Positions 38,901 to 52,242 of a DNA stretch of 64,000 nt are shown piece by piece. The position numbers and the translations under genes are program-made. How positions within the stretch are numbered: the stretch's first letter is position 1; every line of letters starts with the position of its first letter. Where the stretch lies: positions 1,374,925 through 1,438,924 of the forward strand of contig CM082583.2 in the NCBI GenBank assembly GCA_040954595.2, written 5' to 3'. A model generated the notes under the pieces. The model had not been told where the DNA came from, made no database searches, and worked only from the letters and a program-made list of their open reading frames with translations. This DNA comes from Balanoglossus misakiensis (Eukaryota; Animalia; Hemichordata).

Positions 38901-41900
38901 ACTGAAAAGATGTAAAAAATAGCATCAAAGACACTGTGCTCCCATTTGATATGTACATTTAAATGTGACATACCGTACAATCATAGTGATCACAATTTCC
39001 TACGCAAAACCATTAAGGGGCAAAGTCTCTCTCTCGCTGCCCCTTTTCCATTAATTATCGTTTGATTATCGTTTATGTTATTCTACATGTGGATATATAG
39101 TGAATCAACATTCCATCCCGCTTCATTTTGGGCGAGATTTTTACTCTCATATCCTAAAAATGGTCGAATGTTGATTCACTATATATCCTCATGTAGAACA
39201 ACATAAACAGTGTCTTGTATCAAACATAATAAATGGGAAAAGGGCAGCGAGAGAGAGAGACTTTGTCCCTATAAGGGCACCTTTAGCATTGATGAGGTAA
39301 TATAAGAATAAATCTGATGAAGAATATTTTCACATCCCAATAAACCAAAATCCAAAACAACTGGAAGAGCAGTTTCTGACATAAGTGGACTTTTGGACCA
39401 AAAATGTCTAAAACTACCCACCCCCTCCTCCCCAGTATTGATATTTGACACATGTTTATGTACACCATAATAAAAATACTTGTAGGTCCTTGTAAACCAA
39501 ATTTTAAGAAATCAGAAAAGTGGCTACTGAGAATTGACCAGAAATGACAAAAATAAAATGTATTTTTAAAAATACAATTACTAATTTTTGTCATGCTGTC
39601 AAACAACTCACACGATTAATTGCATCTGAATCCACTAATAACATGAAATGAATTGTTAAAAAGAGTAAAAAAATGAGTTCATCTACATGTAGTCTCCTAT
39701 TTACCTGTAAGGTGACAAAAAATTCTGTTGTGAATGATGCTAGCTGCCAGTTACAATCTTCATTGTTGAGATAATTCTTGCCTTCAAAATATTCTGTACT
39801 GCTGAGATTTTGTTTATATGACTGTGCTATGAAATTCCCACCACACAAAGAATATACTGGAAGAAAGAAAAAGTCATCTTAACATACACACCTCACAAAC
39901 AGAACATCAGCAAGATCACAGTCAAGGTAGGGCCAATATTGCCTACACGTGCAATCTATAATGTTATACCTGGTTCACACAGGGTAAAATTTGAAACGTT
40001 TCAGAGACAGTATTTGCCTAAGGTAAACACAGAGCATTAATTTCTCGTTTTAATGTATGTACATGTACAAAACTTAGTATTACCTGCTTGCCAAGATGCT
40101 TCAAAGCCAGTAGCAGTATGCGAACTATCTGAGAGAAATTTCACCAACATTGCATTACCACTGCTAATAACTTCATCAGGCTGGTCCGGTCCACTATATG
40201 TTGCAAGAACTTTGGATTGGTCAAACACAGACCCATCGACAATGACAACAGTATCATGATAAAGTTCAGTGTCAAAATACGGAAACTGAAAAGAATAAAA
40301 ACAAAATGTTACAACACACATCATACATAGTGAGCTGTCTCAAGCCAATATACATGAAAATAAACACAGATTCATGACTTAAGCCCCATTAGCTGTAACT
40401 TCTTGCATTTTTCAGTATTTCTATTCTGTGTATCAACCATAGTTTCTTGTTCAGCTCCCCAGGGCAGAGTTAAATCCATAGTCTTAATCTTCTCATTGAA
40501 ATCTATGAGTGCACAATCGGCATTGTTGTTGTTTGAAAACATTTGTAAATAATAACAATGGTCAGTACATACACATGACTTGTTGACAAGCAGAGAGCTG
40601 CAGGGGTGTGATGGGTTACTCATAAGGACAGGAAATGTGTTTTATACACACAACAAAAATACTGATAAACTAGCCTGAAGTTATAGATAGTTTGTTATAA
40701 GGAAGAAACTTTTTAATACAGGTGTCCAGTTTATTTCATAGAGGTTCCTTTAAAATTGTGTTTGTACGACGAATGGATGGGAAAAGGTGTTCTGTATAGG
40801 CAGGTTTCCAGATTAGACAAGTTTTACTGTACCTCAAAATTTATTCTGGAAGTTGCAGGTCCCTGGATTGTCCAAATACATTCTTGTAGAATGTAATAAT
40901 TATCATCTGGGTATCCAGTGCTGTGAAAAGTCCCTGAGACACCAGTTTCCAAACCACCACATGTTCCTGAACATCATCAAAATAAAAAGAAAGGGTTTAT
41001 TTGTGTGATGAATGGTCATAAAGCTTCAGCTCTTCAAGTTGAAGAAATTTCATTGATGATAAAATTACTTCACCAACAGTGAGTATCCAATGTACATGTA
41101 TAAAACAATTTTATATTAGTATAAATCAAATGTAAAATTTTGAAACGACATTTATCACACCCGAAAATTCCAAGAACAGCATATTATTATTCTCTAAGCT
41201 CAAACTATCAGTGTGAAAGATGCCAGATTCTTAAAATACTTGACCCAGTTTTGTTTCTGATTTATAATTATGAAATACTGTAAAACAAGAAATTTTTCGT
41301 GATATCAAAAGTGACAACTTTTATGCGATGATTAATTTTCAAATTCTCATTTTTCACTGCATTGTTATCTTCGAAAAACATTTTTACACAACTTGTTTAA
41401 TTTCGTGTTTTTTGGCTCTCGCATAGTTCGCGAAATATTTATAGCTCGCGAAAATTTCCTGTTTTACAGTACGAAATTCTTTGAGGATCAGAATTTCTGC
41501 TGACAGTTCAAAAGTAGTCTGTAGTTGCAAAGGAGATGTACAAATAATTATGTTCTGGTAGTTTGAGGTTGGCACATATCAGTTGTCACGCATATTTACA
41601 AGATTCTTTTGTATAATGACTTCAAGCCAAAACTACACTATACCACACATTTATGAAACTTGGTCTCATCACCTGGGCCCACTTTGCAATGATGTTGAGG
41701 TGAGCGTAGAGAATATGATTGTTTCAGACCACTTGCCAAAAACATACCTGCACATCCAATCTCATCAGAGAAATCACCATCACCACAGTCAACTGTACCA
41801 TCACAAACCCAGTCAGGATTTATACAATTACCATTGGAGCATCGAAAGTCACCTGAACAAAAATTATTTAAAAAATAAAGATAACATTTACATTGATGGA

Positions 41901-43456
41901 TATTTTTTTAACTTTTGTCATAATACTGATATATCTTATTAATTTTCTGTATGTAGGAAAGGACATGAAAGTTTTTGTATCAAACCCATAAGCTTTTAAG
42001 TTTATGAACAATATCATACGATCAATATTGTATCTCTGCCAAAAGTAAAACTGCTTTAACAAAAAAGCATGAAAACCTGTTTCACATAAATAGTCTAAAA
42101 GTATAATTTAAAGATAACAATTCAATTAATGAGTGGAATTATCTAGCGACAAAATTACTGGCCAGAATGAAGTAACTCTCCTCCGTTTTGAATTTCAAAT
42201 ATAACACCATTCTGCACCGCAGGAGACATGATCTCATCTGATCCCCTTTTGTTTAACTTTTAGTGGTGAGCTCTTCCAAGTCTAGATGTTTAAAGTTTAA
42301 TATCCTATCACATGTATATCTTGTATGGCTTAGGGGACTCTCTCACTCTCTCCCTCCCACCCCCTCTCCCTCCCCCCTCCCTCTCTAGCTCTCTCCCTCC
42401 CCCTCTCCCTCCCTCTCCCCTCGATCCTCCCTCCCCTCTCTCTCCCCTCCCCCCTCTCCCTTTCTCTTACCCCCCTCCCTCCCCTCCCTCCCTTTCTCCC
42501 ACCCTCCCCTCGATCTCCCCCTCCCCTCGACCCCCCTCCCCTCTCACTCTCCCCTCCCACCCTCTCCCTCCCTCCCTTTTGATCTCTCTCTCTCTTTTAG
42601 TGTAGGGAAGTGACCACAGCAGTGTGAGAAAAGTAAAGACCTGATGCTAGTAAGGGCAGATTCTAGTTGATTTGAATCAGACTTACCCTCAGCACAAGCT
42701 GCTACTTCACACATTGACGGACTGACATCATCACATCTTGCATGATACCATGGGTAATTATTTTCAAAGAGGTTTAACCTCACACATTGCCCAGTGGAGG
42801 CATCAGGTTCTGTGTCTGCCCATCGACCATCAAAGACACTACCTTTCCGGCCATCTGAATAATCATATTCCACACTGCCACCTGGATTGGGTCCACTAAA
42901 TCCTATAAAATGGAAATAAAGAAAGAAGATGCATACAGCAGTGTTTCATCCAGGATGGGGGGGGGGAGGATATGTCACCCTTTGCAAGAATAGTTGCACT
43001 CTTGCAAGGAGGGGAATGAGTGACATCACCGTGAGGGGCACCAGTTCCCCCTTGACAAATTTCTAGGGGGTGCCAACATGCTGACAGTGGGCGAATTCCC
43101 CCATCCCTCCGTCTGGATGAAAAACTGCATACAGAGTCACTTGGCAAGATTTTGTGAGGTGATTGAGATGTAAAAAATAGGCTTTTCAATTACCATCTTG
43201 AGACAATTATCATTCAAGTGTTACTATGCAGTGCTCACTTGTAAACTGTCAAATTCCAAAACCAGTTATTTTTTACACTTGATACACCCACAAATTATTT
43301 GGGAACACTGAGAAACACTGTTAAAAGACACACTCACCAATCCAACCATGGTTCGCTGTTTCATTGGAAGTCTCTTCAATCTGGTTTACAATCTCTGCTC
43401 CAGCATAAAGATTTTCAGAATAACCCTCAATTACTGTCAAGTGCCCACCATAAAAT
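32965..43456 (-). CDS. uif: Internal fragment of a large extracellular/membrane protein gene, CLECT-LDLa-CUB-CUB-(half CUB)-Sushi x4, uninflatable-like architecture; probably incomplete
   Basis: GT-AG exons: ~43456-43338 and 42902-42687 (C-type lectin; GGHL..EN..WIG, EPD..C..W..C..C), 41852-41748 (LDLa; [19 protein letters not shown]), 40966-40833, 40285-40084, 39856-39705, 38901-38700, 37876-37692 (CUB), 35494-35309, 34292-34113, 33659-33477, 33147-32965 (Sushi). The symbol rests on domain order only. Confidence 0.75.
33770..33982. mobile_element. MITE of the TACTGTAAAA...TTTTACAGTA family, diverged copy
   Basis: TACTGCAAAA...TTTTAGAGTA termini and internal TTTTCGCG motifs; homologous to 41276-41471. 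Confidence 0.6.
34348..34675. mobile_element. Intronic MITE, AGGGACAAAG family (Kolobok-like, TTAA flanks)
   Basis: AGGGACAAA...CTTTGTCCCT|TTAA; largely palindromic; homologous to 38266-38614 and 39017-39270. Confidence 0.75.
37280..37397. repeat. GC-rich palindrome (~40-bp arms), probably part of a non-autonomous element
   Basis: TTTATGGCCCTGATACGGGTTTTGCGGCC..GGTCGTACG / CGTACGACC..GGCCACAAAACCCGTATCAGGGCCGTAAA. Confidence 0.75.
37596..37654. mobile_element. Right arm only of the AGGGACAAAG MITE
   Basis: GTGTCTTGTATCAACATAA...GAGACTTTGTCCCT|TTAA with no left arm. Confidence 0.65.
38266..38614. mobile_element. Intronic MITE, AGGGACAAAG family
   Basis: TTAA|AGGGACAAAG...CTTTGTCCCT|ATAA with long internal inverted arms. 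Confidence 0.8.
39017..39270. mobile_element. Intronic MITE, AGGGACAAAG family, internally deleted
   Basis: TTAA|GGGGCAAAGTCTCTC...GAGACTTTGTCCCT|ATAA. Confidence 0.75.
41276..41471. mobile_element. MITE, TACTGTAAAA...TTTTACAGTA family
   Basis: TACTGTAAAACAAGAAATTTT / AAAATTTCCTGTTTTACAGTA TIRs; related copies lie in the last Kolobok intron (~30745-30927 and ~50293-50475). Confidence 0.75.
42338..42598. repeat. Polypyrimidine (CCCT/CT) low-complexity tract
   Basis: About 260 bp almost entirely C/T. Confidence 0.9.
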
Positions 43457-46400
43457 CTGAAAATAAACCAATTTATAACACATCAAACATGTTCCAAACT
43501 AATTTCGAAATTCCAGTCCGAGAATAATACCTTTCCTCTTTGAAAACATTTAATATTGGTGAATAAGAGGTTCATAAATGTATAACATTAGATTTTTGTT
43601 TGTAAAGTCTATAATTTGTGTTACACCTTTCCAATAAGTGTGTGATTAGTGTAGATTTCGGCAGAATTTCTGGGAAAAAAGAATCTGTGAAAAATTCACC
43701 TGAATTTTGGGGAGAAAAAAATCTGCTGAACGTTTCCTTTCAATAAAAAAGTCCAGCTTAATTTTTTTAGAGAAAACATGACAATTTCCAGGAAATGGCT
43801 GTTGTTGTTTTTTTTGTTTTTTTTGGTGTGAATAAACTTAAAAGACAAATTCTGATACAGTTGCATCAAGGTGATGGAAGAAAATCCCAGATTAACAGGA
43901 TATTTGGAAAATTTATCCAGAATTCCAAAATTAGTTCGAAATGTGACATTGTGTTATCAATGATCTGTGTTGAGCAGTCGAACGATGAACGGGTAGTTGA
44001 CAATTCCCACGAGCACACCCGTACCCTTTCTCGGTAGTTGCGCCGGGCCGTCGGCAATGTCACAGAAAAAGTGGTACGATATGCCAGCTGAGTCATTCCT
44101 AGTCTAAAATTCAGAGTATACAAGGCCGTCCCTAGCTAAATATTATAATAACTATCGAGAAAGATGGCAATATCAGCGAATGTGGGGCTGCAGGCATGCA
44201 GAATATATGACCAAAGGATCCGCGTGAAAAAAAGACAATTACCTACTTTGCTACCGTGGGTCTTTGACTGATTAATACTCGATAATGTGCATCAAAGCCA
44301 GCCCTGGCTTCAGGGGCATAATATTCCCGAGTTTATATGCGAAGAAACCAAGAAATATTCATGAGTATGTCGACGGAACTTGTCTTTTAGCTCAAATTTG
44401 ACCTGGCTTGAGGTCACTGCGACAGCGCAGCCAGCGGTAGAATTGGGATAGGCATGAAGAACATTTCTACTTCAAAAACTGGAGAGGGCGGGGGGGGGGA
44501 TGGGGGGGGGGGGGGGCTTTTCAGTTTAGTCACGGTCCTTGGTTTTGGCCTTCAGCTTCACTAGAAAAGCCAAAAACCACAATGCCAAAGGCTAACTCGT
44601 CGAAGCACCTGGTACGTCTATGGCAGAAGTCAGTATTTACATGTTCTGACTCGGTACACGCGATGCAGTTGCCAAGAGATTCCCAGAGGAATACCATGAT
44701 GATGAACGGCTCGGGCGTCTTCGTGTGCACGAAGACACGAGTTTGGCTTCATTGACCCTGTCTCATTCTTTGCTTTTCATACGCATAAGGACATTTCCTA
44801 TATTTTCTACCCATTTTAATAGTTGTGTGTTTTTCCAGCTGATGAAAAGTCGACCTAAGCTTTTGTTTTATCATTTACTGTGGTTTTATAGGGATGTTGT
44901 GATTGAAAAAGTGGCACATTCGGGTTGTTACCTTATACTTAATAATTTCGCCATTTCTATTGGAGCAGGCTACACCGAACCTGAACCAATTTGCAGCCGT
45001 GATGGTCGGACAATGTCCGACAAAGTTTAGGCACGTCAAGCTTATGCCTTCCTGGGTCGCCCGACAAGAATGAACTTCTATTTTAACGATGGGGCCTATT
45101 CCAATCGATACCCGCCGTATCAGTCACGCAATAATGAACACGAAATCCAGATACCCAAAAATGATGTTTCACTAGACACGGGGAGAGTGCTGTTTAGGGA
45201 CCGTTCAGGTTTTACGGCCGGGAAAATCCAGGGGGGGGGGGTCACTTACATTTTGAAGTCCAAAAGGGGGGTCATCTGTTTTTTTTAAACGTTTAGGGGG
45301 GTGTCACATACTTTTGCCACCGAACATTTGCTTTTGAGTCCACAAAATTGCAGTTTCGCGCCCTTTATTTTACAAAATTTTCTAATGTGGGAGAGGGACA
45401 CCCTCTCCCACGCGCACCCCCTTCATTCTCCGCCACATTTCATTTTGGGCTGGTTTGTCTAGTATACCAGAGCAGACTTCTTGCCACCCCAAACCAACCG
45501 ATGATAATATTTAACAAAGTAAATACATAAAGGAGAAAAATAGTTTAAACCATTTCGCATAACTGATAGTTTCGCGCCGCATCTTCTATATACTAGAAGC
45601 TTTATAAATGATGTCATCACGAAGATGACGCCAAATCTTCTAACTTTGAGTGGAGTGGCACAAAGTAAATTGGTCCTCCCAAACATTGAGATAATATGCT
45701 TTTGAGTTCATTAAAATGCAACTTCATCATTTTTTGCTCCTGGGTGAAGGGGGGGGGGTCAGCCTGATTTTGAAAACCGATGACACAAACTTGCCGTGTG
45801 TCTAAATGTCAAGGAAGGACACTTGGGTCAAGAACGACCATGACGGAGGAAAAACCGACAAGTCATTGTGTAACCTGTTTACTTGCCAATAGTCAAACGT
45901 CAAAATTTACTCTCAACTTGGTTGCAGATCGAGTCTCCCGAATTTCCAACTTTTATGATTGGGTAAATACCGATATGCGACTGGTATGTTACGCGTTGAC
46001 GACGCGAAGATTTTGTTGAAATCAAATGGTTTGTCAAATGTCATCTCACAGTGGAGATACCGTGGTCATCTGACATGAAAGGGTTCGATTGGGTCTGACC
46101 GCCGTCGTTCATCCATGCTTAGAAAGCGGCCATCATGGTACAAAGAAAAACCAAGGTCAAACCTTACTGAACACATGCATGAAGAAATATTTCTCCCTGT
46201 CTGTGTACTGTATACGTACCATGATTGCCATGGTTACAAACGTCCACGTGAGAGAGAGTGCATTTTACATCTGTCTTTTCAATGTTGTTGCTATTTTACT
46301 ATTCGGAATGATGGAGTCGAAACGAAAACTTTTTGCTTCAGGTGGACCCAAGGGAAATACTTTTTTCATGACCCTAAAAAGACGCCGAAATTAATGTGGC

Positions 46401-46599
46401 TGAGGTCACTCAGGACGACGGAATGGTTGAGCGATTTTCTTTTATGAGCTCCCACTAGTATTTGTTTTATTGTTTCGGCAGTGTGTCGCGTTATTCGAGC
46501 AATCTGCTGTCTGAAAACGAACGGTTTTCAAAGTTTATAACAGAAGAACAGGGGTTTAAGCATAAAAGGTCCTGTTGTCTCCCTCGCTGTGTTTGTGTC

Positions 46600-46800
46600 A
46601 CTGTGTCTTTGACGTCTGACTGATTGATTAACTGGCTGACTGACTTACTGACTGTCTGTCAACGTCTGTCTGTCTGCCCCTCTCTCTGAGAGAGAGAGTG
46701 AGCGAGCGAGCGAGCGACCGATGAGTGTCTCTACTGATGACTGTCGCTCTGTCTGTCTGCCTGTGTCTGTCTGCCACTCTGCCTGTTTCACTCTGTCTCT
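46600..46800. repeat. Degenerate CTGA/CTGT/GA microsatellite
   Basis: Runs of CTGACTGA, GTCTGTCT, GAGAGA and GCGAGCGA. Confidence 0.75.
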
Positions 46801-47101
46801 CCTAATTTCTTTAAAATTAGGGATATGCTATTAATGCCATATGAACGTCAGACAAGACGGAAACTTTTTATTCTCAAAACTGTCTGTTGTTTGCTGTTAA
46901 ATATTGCAAAAGGTTAAGGGCCCTTTTCGCACGAGACACATGGCTTTGCAGCCGTAGCTCCCAATGTCATAACGATTACCCGAACTACCCTAATTTTAGC
47001 CCGCCGACCCAAAACAGTTTAGATCTTCGTAAACCGGAAGTAAAAATAACGATGTCAAATATACAACAATTCATGAAAATTGCGAGAATCACGCAAGAAC
47101 T

Positions 47102-50100
47102 ATGATGTCATTCTTCTACACTACGACGGCCAAAGATATAAAAAATTTGGTTGCGCGTGTAGGTGAACATCGCCGAGCTTGCAACGGGAAATTGCAGTGT
47201 GTGAGGAAATCCATGATGGGTCACGCTGTTCGACTCCACTTCAAGTGCGACAGCACTGTCTATGGAGCGCATCGTTTTGTGTGGCATTCTTCACCCACAC
47301 TACCAAACGGCAAACTTCTTGTCAATTACAGGTACGTTGTCGTTCTATATTTCTGCAATTGAAGTATACTTGTATTTCAAGCTGATTCTTTGCTTGGACA
47401 TTAATCGACCGAGCGGAAAATTGTGCGAAATGGCTACATTTGGCAGGGACCCTCGCGGTAGCTAGGGTGCACACTTAGCAATAGAGGCAAATGGCAGCTT
47501 CGTGCAGCGACGATTTACGCTCTAACTCCATGATTCACGTGATCAGGCTTCTTTCTGTGCCACCAAAAAGTATTTATAAAGTGTGAAGATATTGACAGAA
47601 AGTCTAGGTTTTCAACTTGAAGAAAGGCTGTCAGTTTGTAGCGAGGCAGAATTCGTTGCGGGCCGTTTCTCTCATACTTACTAGTATTTCACACATCGAG
47701 TTCCATGGCAAAATTTACATTTTCCAAACATGCACTCACAATTCTTTTTAATTTATTGATTGCAGAATGCTTCATGCTGTTACAACAACTGGTTTGCGAG
47801 AGCAGCAATATAAAACACTGTGTGATGGTGCCAACATGGGTGCAGTCAAGAAAGACTACAGAAGAACCTGTAAGTACACGTAAATTTGGCCGCCTGTTAC
47901 ATTTACATGTCGCCGCTCAATAGCACATGTAGTAATCTTATGCCGATGACCATACATACTACCAGTATAAACTGTATCTACCCAAAAATATGTATTTTCA
48001 TGGCAAATGAAGGTGATATTAATATTTAAACCCCACTGACGCAATGCAAACATATTTATTTTTCTATTTTTCCTTTCCAGTCTTTAGTCAGTATCGCCCG
48101 ATTGTGGCACAAGCTGCAGACGAAAGTAAAGAGAACGCTTTGTTGGAGGTTCGTTATTTTAATTTATAGCGTTTGGGACCAAGTGCTGAAGCAGGCATTG
48201 CCCATTGCTCCTAAATAACTACAGTATGTGCGTGATTAATGTTAATAACTGCTAGAAACACAATGAATGACAAAATGTAGTTGTTCAGCGTATTGTAACC
48301 GTGAACTGATAATAAGAGAGTGTTGCGTGCCGGCGATCGTTCTAAAATATTCAAATGTAATAACTTTAATTCCTTTAGGAAATTGCCTCTTACGAAGAAG
48401 TAGGAAAGATCGATTTCATGTCTGATGCGCGTCACGCCACTCGCAGAAATGCCAAGCAGAGCGAAGTCGTATTACTTGGGGATCGGTAAGTTCTCTACGT
48501 GTACGTGTGTACATGACAGGGTAATAACGCGAGACACTGTCATGTTGTGGCGAAAATATTTTAACTAAGTAGTTGTCATGTCGTATTTACTTGATATTGC
48601 ACATAGGGAAAACAATAATATATGTTCGATGTACTAAATAACCATGTAAAATTGCACTTTTTATGTTCAAACAGAAGCCACAAGTGTATATACAAAGCCA
48701 TTGTGACAAGGGATGACGACGAGTGCACCCAACGGCACGAAATGGGAGGTGTGAGGAGATTTTATCAATGGACAGATGATAATGGTGAGTTTTTTTACAT
48801 ATGTGATTTGTTTACTCTTATTTACTTTTTCAAATTTGACGTAATCTAGAATGTGATCATACATACATGTACTCTATTAACAGGCGTAGAAATAAATGTG
48901 CATGCACATGACCGCAATGCATCCGTCATCAAATACATCAGGGAGCAGAGACCCGGCGTCATCAATTCCCTTGACACTTGGCATGGTGAGTATTTCTTTT
49001 ATATGTCACGCCGCGAATAAGATAAACTTATAACCGCCTGGTCAAGCTGAATTCATTGGACAGTTTATGCATCTCCGATAATAATCCATCTATATTTATT
49101 ACATATAACAGTGTCGAAGGAGATAGGAAAACAGGTGAAGAAATTAACTGGTGGACCCAAAAAGAACCACGGGAAGACGTGGCATACAGAACTGTCAGAC
49201 AAAGGTATTGTACATTTACTTATGATTCCCTCCATTCCATCACCAAAAAATAATACACATCGTCAATCGTTCTTCACCACATTAAATCGATGACTTTGCC
49301 TATATGTTATCATGTGACAACAAATTTTTACAATGGCAACGATTGATCTAAAATTCTATACAGGGGCATCGATAAAAACTCACTTCTATTGGTGTATGAA
49401 GCATACCCGGGAATTCTTGGACGCTAGAGAGCAAACGGAGGAAAATGAAGCCGAAGCCATTCAGCTCTTGAGGACAAGTCTTCTAAACGTGATTGATCAC
49501 TTTGGGGTTAGTACAGGCATTAATTTCACCTTCACAGTAACAATTTGACGAGCGTTTTCTTTCTCTTTTCTAAGTCGTAACGCCAACTGTATATGTAAAA
49601 TGTACATGAATCATATTTTACTACAGGGAAACCATGCCCAGTGCCACGAGCAGTCTAGGTGCAAAGGGCCAGGATACAAGCCCACGCATACCCCCCATGA
49701 AAGCCCAGTTGCTATCACACTGCTCACAGATTTTATAAGGAACAGTGCACTTTTCAAGCAAGCAGCATCATACGTTCGGGTGAGTAACAGCGCCAGTATA
49801 TAGTCATCATTTCATCATAGTAATTTAAAATGGCATTCAGAATATATAAAAAACAAGCGAACCGAGAAAGAATTATTTCAGCAAAGGACCTAATTCGAAA
49901 ACAATATTGTAAAGTAACAATAAAAATGCACATTTGTAATTAAAACAAAACGGAACAAAATAAAGGAGCATCCCAATAAACGATCAATAGTTCATCTTAA
50001 TTTTATGTGATATTCTATTCTACAGTGTAAGGACACTCATTACGTGGAGTCTTACAACAACGTTTGCTTGCTGTACCAGGACAAGAGAGTTGTTTTCGGC

Positions 50101-50941
50101 AACAGGATGTTCACGATGAGAAGCAACCTTGCAACGTTAGACTGGGTAATTAAATTATACGTAGTATAAATAATGTGCGGTCTCGCCAAGTTCATTCGAA
50201 ATTGTGGTTCGTATTTGAATGACCAAATTAACACAGGCAATTGTCAGTTGCTGTGTCTTTCTAAAATAATTTTTTGACATGCAGTTTATACTTTCAAACG
50301 GGTTATTTTTGCGATATTAAAGAGGCAACTGTTACTCTTAATTTTCACGTTTTTGAATTTAACTGCATCGTTAACATTTTACGCGACTTATTTTCACGTT
50401 TTTATTTTTGGCTCTCGCGTATTTCGTGAAAATTTATTGCGAGCGAAAGTAACCAGTTTTACCATGTTTACAGTAGTTAGCCAGTTGATAAATCGATTGT
50501 TCAGAAACGTAAGTCTTTAAATTAATTCCCTACATTTTGAAGGATAAAAAGGAATGTTTCCTAGACATTGATTTGGTTAAAAAAATATGTTGTTTCCTGA
50601 AATGGTATCAGTTGACAAGCATTTATCGGCGAGTTTAGGATCGTACCGCACAATTTCAAGTATTGTCCTTCGTAATATACACCAGTTCATACATAGGAAA
50701 CAGGCTTTTTTTGAAATACATACACATACGATTTTATTCGTTCATCATTCATTCAATCACACTGATTTGTGTATTATTATAATTGCAGAATGAGAACGTT
50801 GATCGACCGGCAAGGTCTGTAACTCTCCGTCATGCGATGCGAGCCACAAGACGAAGGACCCCATGCCGGAACCTGGGAAATAAGACTTACCGGTGGAGAG
50901 CAGATATTTGGGAGAAATTAATGGATTCAGTTGGATTTTAG
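47102..50941 (+). CDS. Intron-rich Kolobok-type DDE transposase, open frame across 11 exons; true 5' end not resolved
   Basis: Exons ~47102-47331, 47766-47869, 48081-48148, 48379-48485, 48675-48784, 48884-48985, 49112-49204, 49364-49506, 49627-49779, 50026-50145 and 50789-50941, all GT-AG and phase-compatible. Motifs: C..H.FVWHSSP; FMSDARH..RNAK; HAHDRNASV..DTWH; HFYWC..H..NHAQC; DTHYVESYNN..YQDKR.F..R.LA.LDWNENVDR; KTYRWR. Confidence 0.85.
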
Positions 50942-52242
50942 AATCGATTATATGTATATATGCACAAATAAAACACTAATAATAATTGTATGTATATGCT
51001 GTTGTATAATGTTTTCTTTTGTAAGAGATAAAATCAATTATCTGAATCGTAAAATACATATAGGCTCTTAGTACAGCTTCGAAGAAACGAAACAATAGGA
51101 GTGTTCCTTCACTGACTTTCACCACGGTTGACAATCATATAAACGTGGTAAATTATGATTCCACTTTCAGAAAACATAGTCACTCTACTTCTTCAACATG
51201 TACTAGTAATATCTATGAAAAACATAACCTGATACTGTACAGTCTCGCTAAAGCTAACTTTTCGAATGTTCGTGGATAGTCCTACGTATGGCGAGAGTGT
51301 CCGAGTAGCGACCACAGCGCACGCCATGCCAGTAGGACTTCGACTAATGACTCTCGGTTGCTGATCGTGAGATCATTCGTTGAACTTCAAGGCGCAAACT
51401 CGCATCACACTGTCGAAGACACGAGAAGGGCAACGATTACGGGAAATTGATTTACATCATTTTAGAAAAAATGGTTTTTAGTTTCCGCGAACCATTGCTG
51501 ACCTGACTAGGGAGTATCGAAACCAGTCACGTGTTTGAGTGCAATCGTGACCGGGTACCTATCGAGCAATCTAACACACACCGACTCACATTTGGTCCAT
51601 TGTTCTGTCATTACAATATCATTCGACAATTCGCACGGAGGACCGTGGACAACGATTCTGCTAGCCTATTTATTAGTCTGTGGAAAATTTATTGCAATCG
51701 CTTAGGAGGACTTCACCGACAACCCGCGAGAAAAGAACGTCGATTGCGCACTGCTGATCGCACTTCGTCGCTGAACAGTCGACTGCTAAAAACTAACCGT
51801 CGCTCACGTTCCAAGACTTTCAGAGAAGTATTGCGATAAGCCCACCTAGTCAAACAGATTACGCAGATAAACTACCAGCGCTCCCGACCGTTAGTTATAC
51901 AGTCGTTAGGGACGACGACCACCCCCAATCACTCCCAAATAAACAACTATACAAACACACGTTAATCCGAACCCCAGGACTTTCCGCACCGGCCTTTAAC
52001 ATATTTTGATGCCATGAAACCATTTTGTGGACAGGACAATTTATGTGGCCAAGAATTGATTTTCTGAATATCACAAGGTTGATAGAGAATTCATTGTAAT
52101 TTGTTGTCCTGTTTAAGTAGTGGGGTTATTGTAAAAAAATCACCATTCGCTATCTTGTACTTGGAGTGATGTCATCTCGACATTGATACATTATGGCTAT
52201 TGAGAGGTGTGTGTTATGCAGGCAAGTGTATATCTTGATGTA
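48433..52242 (+). repeat. Segmental duplicate, copy 2, including the putative Kolobok right end (...CGCACCGGCCT|TTAA at 51995) and ~245 bp beyond it
   Basis: Matches 28885-32776. The AGG-start terminus with TTAA fits Kolobok, but no matching left TIR was found in the window. Confidence 0.85.

Noticed and set aside
42312-42605. Pro-rich and Gly/Arg-rich ORFs
   Set aside because: Translations of a C/T low-complexity intronic tract.
44240-44730. First exons of the uif-like gene
   Set aside because: CP..GW-like and GFDAHY-like snippets are interrupted by stops and lack consistent splice phase.
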